From NCBI GenBank assembly GCA_050273025.1, contig CP158635.1, forward strand, positions 18,972,001-19,036,000: a stretch of 64,000 bases of DNA. The letters are read 5' to 3'. A program made the translations under genes and the position numbers. The notes under the pieces are model-generated. The model saw only the letters and a program-made list of their open reading frames with translations. It had not been told where the DNA came from and did no database searches. This DNA comes from Cenococcum geophilum. Taxonomy: Eukaryota. Positions within the stretch are counted from its first letter, which is position 1. The number at the start of each line of letters is the position of its first letter. Shown piece after piece: positions 12,084 through 23,846 of this stretch.

Positions 12084-15000
12084 ATACCTTTCCTATAGCA
12101 TTTTTTAAATTTAATAATAGTTCCTAGGTAGCCTTATTATAGCCTATCTACTTAACCTTATACTATATTTTATTATTAATATCCTTATAATTAACGATCT
12201 TAAAAACTTACTATTTATCTTTTTCTTGCCCTTTATACGTATCTGCTTTATATATTAGTAGCTTAATATTCTTATATACTAGCTCTAGTATTATAATATG
12301 CTATATAGGGTAGATCTTTATCTTAGCTAGTAAGTTTAACTTAAATATAACTAGTAAAATTCTCTATATAATTTTAAAAGGTCCTAGTCTAATATAGTCT
12401 AATTTCTTACTTAGTTATTAACTCTTAAAAATTTTGTATAGTAGCTATACTTTATCACCCTCCTTAAGATCTAGTCCCTTAAATCTCTTAGCGTTATAGT
12501 ACTTTTTTATTTTTTCTTATACCTTGTTTACTAATTCTATAAGGTTTATATAAAGATTTTGTATAATTACAGCACCTATTATACCAACTGCGTGCTTACG
12601 CGTTTGGTACTCCAAGTACGTGTTTACGCGTTCGGTGCACTAACCACCCGCTTACACGTCTGGTGCACTCCTAAAGCACTAACTAATTAGGGGGGAGGTC
12701 GCATTAGTATATAGACTACGTAGTCTGCTTTAATATAAGAGACAGTCACCACCATCTAAAAGAGCATACGATACTATACGTATTTCGTGCCCCTGGATAT
12801 GACTTAATTATATTATTAAGTTAATACAAACACTGATCAGTAAGCGCGTACAGATTAGCAATTACTTGACACCTCCCCCTAAGCGATATACAATAGCGAC
12901 TACCTGTTTAAATCCTAGTACGACCTGCTAGAAGGTCGGAAGTTGGGGATTACGGACTATATCACCATCTCTATATACTTATTTAAGTCTTAGTACGGTT
13001 TACTAGAAGTTTATAAACGCGAATACAGACCTTTACAGAACCCCCTCCCCTCCCACAAACCTCTACGGACCCGTTAATCGCCTTTACGGACCCGTTAATC
13101 GATTTTATAAACCGTTATAAGACCTCCTCTACCCGCTATAAGCTACTACCACCCGTTACAGCTTATATAGACATACTACGCTATATAATATGGCAGATAT
13201 AAGCAAGTAAATTAACGAAGGTCAAAAGAAGTGGAGTTAAGGAGTCGACCTCACGTCTGCAAATACTATTAATGACTATATTAATTTTAAAATCCTTAAA
13301 TACGGATACTTTAAGCTTCTAAACGACGATCTATAGGAATAATATAAGGAAGACTTTGCGGACTTTACGGAAGCTATCTTTAAGGCTTACAACCTTATAG
13401 CTACCCACAACCTATAAACCCTCTTACATTACCAAGGTGTATAGGTTAAAAAGGATAAACGAGTTACTATTGCACGGTCTCTGTATAACATACTATATAA
13501 GGAGGACTAAACGGAATAGACTAAAGAGCAGATCTTAGATCATATTAAAACTAGCAGACTCTTTACCTCTTTTAAACTTAATAGGATCTCCGGTCTTATA
13601 GACGACCTATTTAACTAAATTCGTCCTATAGACTAAAGAGATCTTAGAATTAATCTTACGGGCCAAAGTATACCTAGTACTTAAGTTACGGACCGTAATA
13701 CCCCTATAAACCAAAATATGGACTAAAACCCTTTCGTTACTTAAGTTATAGATCCGTAAACTACCTAAGTAAAGACCTACGGTAAGGAGCTAGCTAACCT
13801 AGCTAAGCTCTATACTAACGAATCTAAGTATAGTAGTAAAAACGATAACTTTAACTTTAAACTAGCTATCTTTACGGACCTCTGTTAGAAGGCTAATATT
13901 CCTAAACAGGAATTTAACTAAGCCTATTTTACTATACTGCGCGGCCTAGCCCTTAACTACTATTATACTAACCTTAAGAGCAACCCCCTTGGTGTTCCCT
14001 TTAATAAGCTATATAAAGCTATACGTAACTACTTTAAAGGGCTAGAATATAAGCGTAATATCCTAACCTAATAGAATGCGATTAAGTTACGGACTGTAAT
14101 TAATAAGAATACCGAAAATTGACTACAGAGTGCCTGCAAATTCTTATTAAAGACCTTTGGCACTTATAACACGGCCTTAATATTAAGCTTTAAATAGACG
14201 ACTTCCTGTATAATAAACTTATTACGGCTTGCTAGGAAGTAGAGCCCTATAAATATACCTATTATAAGCCTGCAGATACCTTAACTAGCCTTATTAATAA
14301 TTTACGGTCCTTTATTATAACGTATAAAGTCTTAAACCCGCTAGGTAGTACTTAAGCCTTTATTACAGACCTATAAAACTTGTAAACTAACTTAGATGCC
14401 TACTTTACGGACCGCCGCTACCGCTAGCAGTACCCGTACCGACTAAGTCCTACCTATAACCCCCGCAGCAACTCCTGTATAAAAGTATACCCCTATAGAT
14501 AAACTAGCCAGAAGTGCTTTATGTGCGGTAAGGAAGGATATTAGTTTATAAGGCATACCTAGGAAGAACATAATAAGTCTAAGAAGAGATTTAATAGCTA
14601 GATTAACCAGTTTATCTTAGATTATAAAGGAGAGAAAGTAGAGGAGTCTCTTAACGAGTTAATAGAAGCCCTTATAATCGACTTTAACTTAGATACTTAG
14701 GAATAGGAGACCTTAGAGACGTTCCTAACTACTTTTAAACCATTTACAGACGGCTAAGCCTTTAATATTACGACCGTATTAGCCGACTACTCCTTTATAT
14801 ACTTAATCGCACCCAAAAACCAACTTATAAGCACACCTATTAGACCCGTTATAGACGTTACGGACTATAAACAAGACCTATTTATATATATTACTATAAA
14901 ACGCTATACCCCTAAAGAATTCTATAGCGTTATAATTAATATAGGTGCCTCTAAGAAGTTTATTATAGGTTACGGACAGTACCTTATATATAAGACCACC

Positions 15001-16897
15001 GTAAATAATAATACGGATATTAATACTATATAAACTGGGGCCGTAAACGTCTAATTTGGCATCGGCTTAACTATATTAATTAGATTAGTAGTAGTTAAGA
15101 CCCTAATTAGCCTAGTTAACTTTTACGTAGTAAAAGCGGATACCCCTTTTCTACTCTGTCTTGCGGATATAGATAGGTTATAGGTTTACTACAATAATAT
15201 TACGGACACCGTAATTGGCCCCGTAACTGCCCTAGGAAGTAAGTATATCACCCTATTAATTATATGACGATTTAGACACCCGTTCCTTATATAGGGAGAG
15301 ACGTTATAGACCTATACTTAGAAATCTTTTAACTATAACCCGTGCTACCTTACTAGTACTGAAATTCACTACCTATACCGCTGTTTTGGCCACCTATTAG
15401 CCGAAAAGCTATATAGAGTCCTTAAACGCTCTAGACACAACGACGTTAATAGGAAGGCAATTAACTACCTAACTAAATACTACTCCTTTTGCCAGAAATA
15501 CGGACGTTCCCTAGGCTGATTTAAGTTTACCCTTTATAAGGATCTTAATTTTAACCACTTAGTGTACGTAGATATTATGTATATTAACGGCAGCCTAGTA
15601 TTATATATAATTGACGAGGCAACCCGCTACTAAGCCGCCCGTTAGTTGTAAAATATATTCGTAAAATATACTTAGGACACTTTATGGACCTACTAGATTA
15701 ATATATACGTTGGACCCCCTAAGTATATCACCCACAACGCTAGTAGGAACTTTATTAGTAAGGAATTCCAATAGTACGCTACGGCCATAGCTATTTTAAT
15801 AAAAGCCGTTCTAGTTAAGGCGTACTAGTCTATTAGGCTTATTAAGCGAGCTTACCTAGCTTTATAGAGAGCCTACTAAATTATTACGGACGAGTATAAG
15901 GATATCTAAAAGGAACTAGCTTTACAGATAGCCGTAAAAGCCGTTAATAACACCGCTGGCCCTAACGGACTAGTACCTACCCTTTTAGTTTACAGAGCCT
16001 ATTTAAGGATAGGCAACCTAAACCCTCCTGCTCCGTCTATTATAGAATAAGTAGCTATAATACGGAAGGCAATAGCCGAAATAGTTAAATTACGGGCTAA
16101 ATAAGCTATTAATAGCGCTCTATATTACCGTAACGGACTAAATATAACCTTAGTTTATAACCTCCTACTTAATTCAGAAGTCCTTATATAGCGTAAAAGC
16201 AGTAATTAGACCGGACCTTACCGTTTACTAGCTGTAGAAGACGAGATATACTGCGTATAACTTTCTAGCGGACTAACTAGCTTTAGAAGCACGTCTATAA
16301 AACCCTATTTTTGGTCCAAAAACACCTATAACGTTAAACTAGATAAACTAGAAATACCCCTGCCTTTAGATAAACTAGAAGCACCTATGCCTACTATAGA
16401 AGTCCCCTGTATACCTACTAAACCCACTAAACCTGCTGTAAAATGTGGTTAAGGATACCCCTAAAAGCACCCTATAACTAAAAACCCTATAATAGAGAAT
16501 TACCTAACCTCCGCAGGCATATCCGTAAGGCAATCTCCGCCTATAGATATATTAGTTCTAGTATAGGAATCCCCTTTTACGGACTTATAACGTAAAGAGA
16601 TTAACAGACTACTTAAAAAGGGCATCTTTACGGTTATAACGGACAGAGACGTTCCGCAAGGCGTCCGTATATTTAACTCACGCTTTATTAACAAGATTAA
16701 GCACCCTAGTACTAATAAAGCCTTTAAGAAATTAAGGCTCGTTGTATAAGCTTATAATGATAAGAGAAAGGACTTAGTCCTTATATAATCGCCTATAATT
16801 TAACGAGTTAGTTAACAAATTATACTTACACTTATACCTAGACTATAGCAAACCAAACCTATAGCCCTCTATTTATAGGATATCTTATAAGTATATA

Positions 16898-17921
16898 GTA
16901 GTAGTAGATTCTTTAATTAACGTCTAATACGGATCCTATCTAGGCCTATGCAGACTACTCCGTATACAAGGGGAAAGTAATATTGACAGGAAAAACCCCT
17001 TGCTATTGGGGGGAGGAAAAACCCTATGAGCTACCTCAGTAGGATGAAAAACCCCAAATTGCCATGCCTGCACGAGCAGCGGCCCTGCGGGCCTATAGCT
17101 CGTCCTCCTCCTTGGATGTTTCAAACTCCTTAGAAACCACTACTTCCTTCTCTAGCTTATCCAAAGCTAGGGTTCACTACGTCCTAGCTAGGCCTTGCTA
17201 ATCGATTGCTGTGTGCTTATAGTTGTGCCCCATATCTTAACCACCCCTATATGCTGTCTCTTGTTAACCATTACTATATACGCCATGCCTCCCCCCCCCC
17301 TAAGGCCTATCGAAGGCGTAAGGGGGATTCATCCGATCTACTATCCTAAAACTAAAAGATAAAAGCGGGATGTGTATGTGTGTGTGTATCTAGGTATCTT
17401 TTGTGCCTAGGCCCTAGTCACTAGGCCCTCTCTAAGGGCACCACTCCGTTGAGAGGAGACAAGGAAAACCGTATGGGGTTATCCAGCTGCCGCTTTCAGT
17501 AGTATTATAGCAGTACGGCGAGTGACCGCATACTCCGCGGGCGATCGCCCTAGGGGTTAGGAGGGGCCGTATATTTACTCGTTCGTTCGTTCGTTCGCGT
17601 TTACTTATTTGTTAATATAAGGTTGTTAATGCTTTCCACTAGGGGACGGGGGGTGATATCGAATACTGTGTATCTATGTTGGATTATATAGGTGCCCTGG
17701 ATAGGAGAATGTAGTAGTCGTTGTACTGTAGAGAGCCAACAGTAGTGGTTTTTAAGATCTCACTATCTGAAAATTTTTCACTACTGCCCTCAACGCCTAT
17801 AACCACCACAGGTCCTGTCCGCACGCTGTGCGACGTCTCTGCGTTAGCTCTGGATCTAAACTTCGAAGACCAGGTTCGTAGCCGTCACCACGTACAGGTG
17901 CAGAGTCCGATTTCGACGGCC
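16898..17921 (-). mobile_element. Non-autonomous non-LTR retroelement (SINE/SIDE-like, ~1.02 kb), copy 1
   Basis: 15-bp TSD TCTTATAAGTATATA (16883-16897, 17922-17936). Short (TAC)n tail. 3' end similar to the LINE end at ~33755-33813. Colinear with 38431-39443. Confidence 0.92.
17837..17921 (-). ncRNA. HDV-like self-cleaving ribozyme (P1.1 GU/AC variant)
   Basis: P1 GGCCGUC/GACGGCU, P2 CUCUGC/GCAGAG, P3 ACC/GGU, L3 UGUACGU, P1.1 GU/AC, P4 CUGG-UCU/AGA-U-CCAG, J4/2 GCUAAC (putative catalytic C at 17847). Confidence 0.85.
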
Positions 17922-20900
17922 TCTTATAAGTATATATATAGTCTAATACCTACCTAAGTAGAGATATCTATATACGACTACCCCTTAAGCTTAATCTGTA
18001 ACTAGGAATAATTTTATAGGTTATAAAACCTCTTTACGGAGTACTAGAAGCTAGAAACTATTAGTTTAAGATATACTACTAGCACTATATTAGTAAACTT
18101 AAAATAGAATAGTTAACCTACAACCCCTACCTCCTATATAGCCTATTAAACGGCCTTAGTATTATTAGACTCTAAATAGATAATACCCTATTCCTAGCAG
18201 ACCAGACCTTTGCGGACGCTAAAGAAACTAAACTATAAAAGGCAAAGTTCTTAGCAAAGCCGTAAGAGTAGTTAACTAAGCAGACTCTAATTAAGTTTAA
18301 TAGAGGCTTAATTATATAAAAGGGCAACCTAATTAAGCTAACTTAGGAACGCCAAGCTTAAAACCTAAAGCCTATTATAGTAAAGCCTATAAACTTTACT
18401 AGTTCCTATAAAGAGATTTATAAGACCGTAAATATAAAGAACTAATACGCTATATAGCGTGCAAGAGGCGCCTATATCGCCATAGTCTGTCAACCTAAAT
18501 CTGCCTATAATTTATCCTTTACGGCCCAGGCAACAGACCTATAAGAGGAAAATATTAAGCAGCTTAATAAGCGTATTTAGTGGCAAATTAATAATGCAGC
18601 AAGGGGACTTACTTTTATACCACTAGACCTAAACTCCCTTAGCCTACTAGTATTTACGGGTGCCTCCTTTGCTAATAATAAAGACCTATTATTACAAATT
18701 GGCTTTATAATTGTACTTACGGACCGTAATTAGGACGTAAATATACTATATTAGTCTTTAATTAAGTGTAAATAAATAACCCGCAGTGTACTAGCTTCTA
18801 AACTATATACACTAGCTTATAGATTTAATATAGTAGCCGCAATTAAATTAACGGTCCAGAAGATTCTATAACTAGAGTAGTTACCCCTAGTTTTATATAT
18901 TAATTTAAAGTCCCTCTATAACTGCCTAGTTAAACTAGGTATGATATAAGAGAAGCAGCTTATAGTCAACCTAATGTGCTTATATTAGGCCTATAAATAA
19001 CGTGAAATTATAAAGGTTAAATGAATTAGCGGCGAAAGTAACCTAGTAGACGCTATAACTAAGGCAAAGCTGTGTTAAGCCCTTAAAACCCTAATTAATA
19101 TAAATAAGCTTAATCTAAAGGTTATAGAATGGGTGGAACGAGACTAACGGAGTACTATAGTTTATTTACGGCCCGTCGGAAGGTCGTACGGTTTACTTTA
19201 CGGACCGTAAGTAGGACTTACGGCCCGCTTGGAGTACCGTTTGGAAGGTAGCCCAGAAGACACCTTGGGAGGGATCTCCTATAGATTTCTTATGTATTTC
19301 TTTTGTGTTTTACGGTTCTACTAAAGCAATTACGGAGGCTATATATAAGTGGTTCCATTTTTTAAGTACCGCCAGTGTATAATTACAGCACCTGTTATAC
19401 CAACCGCGTGCTTACGCGTTCGGTACACCAAGTACGTATTTACGCGTTCGGTGCACTAACCACCCGCTTACGCGTCTAGTGCACTCCTAAAGCACTAACT
19501 AATTAGGGGGGAGGTCGCATTAGTATATAGACTACGTAGTCTGCTTTAATATAAGAGACAGTCACCACCATCTAAAAGAGCATACGATACTATACGTATT
19601 TCGTGCCCCTGGATATGACTTAATTGTATTATTAAGTTGATATAAACAGATTTATTAACGTCTTTATTCTTTCTTTAGCTATGCTACTTATTTTCTTCGC
19701 TTATTATAGTAATAATAATATTCTTAGCTTATATCTATAATTTACCTTAAATAGTAATATACCTATTCCTTCTTATAGCGTTATATTATATATAAACTGT
19801 ATAACCAGTAATAGTAATACCTAATTATTTTATATATAATTAATATAATGCCTTAGATACTATTTTAGTATCTAATTTAATCTTTCTATCTATCTATCTG
19901 TCTGCAGATAATATATAGTAAAAATTACTACTCTAACTCCTTATTCCGCTAAGAATACCTCTTAAAATACTATTATAAATCTTAGATCTCTGTCTAATAT
20001 AATCTTACTTAGTACTCCGTATCTTATAAATACTTCTTTAACATAGATTTTAGTAACATCTTCTACTAAGATTTCTTCTATATATACTATAAAGTAGCCC
20101 TATTTAGTTAACTTATCTACTATTACTAAGATTATATTATGCTCTTATTCAGTAATAGGATTTCTTAACTTTAGTAACTTAATAATAAAGTCCTATAATA
20201 TAACCTCCTATAGTCTCTCTAATATTTTAATAGGTTATACCCCTCTATATAGCTTATATCTTATTAATTTATTCCTTTAGTAATCTAGATACTCTTTTAT
20301 TACTTTTTTTAGCTATACCCTAAATTCCATTAATAATATATCCTTCCTAAAGTCTTAACATTAAGCCTATTGCTCTATTATACCCCTAAGTTATTCCCTT
20401 ATAGAAATCTTTTATAAAATACTCTACTATGCTTTTTAGGATATACTTTACTTTTTAATTTTTATATATATCCACCTACAGATCTTCTAGCTATACTTCT
20501 AGAATTCTCTATACTTAAAAGCTCTCTAGTATCTTATAGACTCTTTTTAGTTTATTATCCTCTTAAGTTATTACTAGTTTAGGGTAATTATATCTAATTA
20601 ATCCATCCTTATCTTTGCGTAGTATTACTCCTAATAGTTTCTTATTATTCTATAATTTAGCCTTTCTACTAAGTGCGTCTGCTCTTATATTTTTAGTTCC
20701 TTTAGTATACTAAATCTTAAAATAGTATTTTATAAGTATTTCTGCCTATCTAACCTATTTTTAATTAAGTTCTTTTATCGTTAGGAACCCTATTAGGTTC
20801 TTATAATCTATCTTAACTATAAATAGTTTCTTTACGCCTTATAAGAATACTCTCTATTTTTTAAGTGCTATAACTATACCTAATAATTCCTTATTATAGA

Positions 20901-21269
20901 TGTTATAGTTTAACTCTAGTAGTATTATCTTCTAACTATAGTATACTACTAAATACTATATATTTTTATACCTCTATAGTAAATATACTCCTAGTATAAA
21001 GTTTAATATATCTATTTTTATAACTATATCTAGTCCTAGTTAGTAAATTTTAAGAATTAGCTCTTAGGTAAATAACTACTTAAGTTCCTAAAATAGTTTC
21101 TTCTACTTATCTCCCTATACCTATAGTTCCTCCTTCTTAGTAAGCCTGGTAAATAGTTTAATATTCTTTAACTACTATACTATAACCCTTCTATAGTAGT
21201 TATAAACCCCTAAAAATAACCTTAACTATATTACATTTTCTAGTTCTTACTAACTTACTATAGCTTTAA

Positions 21270-21461
21270 TGTAACCGACTACCGGACCTTGCATATTACC
21301 CTGTTTCACCTGCGTCAGTACTACCCTCGTATGTCTTAGATACGTTGGAAATGAGTCATAGGCTTTGGAGTTCGGGGTCTACTTTTATGTATTTATACCA
21401 CTTGATTTCCATAGATTTACAATTAAGTCGCTCGTTCAATACCCATACTGCAAAGCTTACA
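21270..21461. mobile_element. Solo LTR (192 bp)
   Basis: TGTAA..TTACA ends. TSD TTTAA (21265-21269, 21462-21466). Empty site in Gypsy copy 1 near 2335. Little RIP. Confidence 0.9.
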
Positions 21462-23846
21462 TTTAATCTTTTTTAGGTCTATACTAATATAACCTAATTT
21501 AATAATAAATCCTACAAAATTGGACTTCCTAGTAAAGAACTTATATTTTTTAATTACTACTAGCATCTGTTCTTCTTATAGTCTCTTTAAAACCTATTTA
21601 ATATATTCCCTGTATTCTTCCTTAGTTATTAAGTAGATAATAATAATATTAAGGTATACCATAATAAACTTATTAAGGTGTTCTCCTAATATACTATTAA
21701 TTCGTTTCTAAAATATTACTAATATATTTATTAACCCGAATTATATTACCAATAGCTTATATAGTCCTTCCTTTAACCTAAAAGCTGCCTTTTATTTATT
21801 GCCTTCCTTAATTCTAATCTAATAGTACGCCTATCTTAGATCTATCTTTATAAAGATTTATATATTACCTATTTAATCCTAGATTTCGCTAATTAAGGGT
21901 AAAGAATACCTATCCTTTTAAGTGATATTATTTAACTGTTTATAGTTAATATATAGCCTAAGTTTTTCGTTCTTCTTTAGTACGAATAATACTAGATATC
22001 CTACTAATAACTATAATAGTTTAATATATCCCTTTTATAAGTTCTCTTAGATAAACTCTTTAAGTACTCTTAACTCTTCTTAAGTAAGCTTATAGGTTAG
22101 AAAGAACCTTAAACTTATTCCTAGTTTTAACTTTATCTTATAGTCCTATACTATATAATCTGCCAGCTTTTTACTTTTTAAGCTCTATAGTTTCTTGCTA
22201 TACTTATAGTATCTCCTTAATATATAACTTAAGCCTCGCTTAGTCTCTTTATATATTACTCCAACTTAGTACTATACTAACTTAGTTTATTATTACATCT
22301 TATATTATTAAGTATCTTTAATATTAACCTAACCTATAATCTAATTAATCTTTAGATTATATTTCTATAACTAAGGTATGCCTAATACTGCCTTATTCCG
22401 TCCTAATAGTAGGATATTAAAAGATATCTTAATTTATTTTCCTTTAATGGTTATTTAAATAGGTCCTATTTTAAGGTTAATAATACCTCCTCTGTAGACT
22501 ATTAGATCTCCTAAAATTATAACTAATAGGTAAAATTACTCCTTCTGCCTATAAGATAATCCTATTCTTTTAACTACTACTAATAAAATATAGTTCTGTA
22601 TTGCTCTACTATTTATTAATACTTTAAACTGCTAATCTTACTAATTAACTTATAAATTTAGGTATTGTTCTTAAATTCCTTTAAGGGTTTAAGGCTCTAC
22701 TACTAGCTCCCTCTAGTTCTATAGGCCTCTACTTTTCCTAACTATTAGCTACTTAATCCTTATATACTTAGCTCGCTCTTTAGCCAATACCTAGTTCGCT
22801 TTTTATCCTCTATATACTATAAACACGTATTCTCTAGGTATTCCCACTACTATTATTTATTTAAGCATTTTTCCGTAAGGAATCTTTTTAGTTAAAGTAT
22901 TAAGTCTTCTAACTTTTAAACTTCTATTAAATGCAAGCTATGTATATACTTAGTATTTCTATACTATTACTTATTTAGCGCCTAATATATCCTTATAGGG
23001 TACTTTTAATTCTTTTCTTTTAGATTCTTATATATTTCGTATATATTATCTCTATATATATAATCTATACCAATATATAATACGCTAGGTACTTTAGGTT
23101 AACTCTTAGCTCGTCTTTATCCTTAAGTTTAAACCTTTACCGTGTTAATCTAAACGTTATAACTTTATTTATAGGTACTAAGATGCGCCTCTTACTTTTC
23201 TAGTACTCTAATTATTCCTCTAAATCCTTTAATATTATAAATAAGGCTCCCTTAATATAAGTTATAGCCTTTTCTATAATTAGGTAGTTTTAGGTAATTC
23301 ATTTATCTAACTATATATAAAAATCTTCCTATTTATCATTATATTATTATCTATACTACTTTTAGTATAGCTATTAGAGTATATACAGCTTATCCGTAAG
23401 GAAGTATCTTCTTATTACTATATTATAACAGCCCTTTATATATCATTCTTTAAACCTAGTAGAAATCCCTAAATCCTCTTTATTTTCTAGTTTAATAGAC
23501 TATTTAGCTCTTAGCGTACCTACCCTAGGCCTATTAGTAATTATTTATATAAGTGCTCTGTCCCTTATACGACTTAGTATACTAGATCTCTTATCTAGTT
23601 TCTATTCTTACTATACGAGAATTCTCTATCTAAATTCCTCTATATTTTCTTTTAGTTTTCGCCTTATAAATAGATTCTTAAAGTCTTCTTACTTCTTAAT
23701 CTTAGTTTATTTAATAGTCCTTATTTATATTTAAAAATCTTAGTCTCATAGAATTCTTAATTTTAAGCTTGCTTCTATCTTAAGCTTAGCTCTAGCCTTA
23801 GTTTAATTAGGCTTCTTTAGTATTCTTATTAAGTCTTAAGAGTCTT

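Larger units (their letters stand above)
12560..19648 (+). mobile_element. Full-length RIP-degenerate Ty1/Copia element (GalEa-like), second family
   Basis: 273-bp LTRs at 12560-12832 and 19376-19648. TSD GATTT (12555-12559, 19649-19653). CTGATCAGT at 12833-12841. Decayed zinc knuckle (~14515), protease (~14930), integrase, RT LQTDD-like motif (~18170) and RNase H. Confidence 0.93.
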
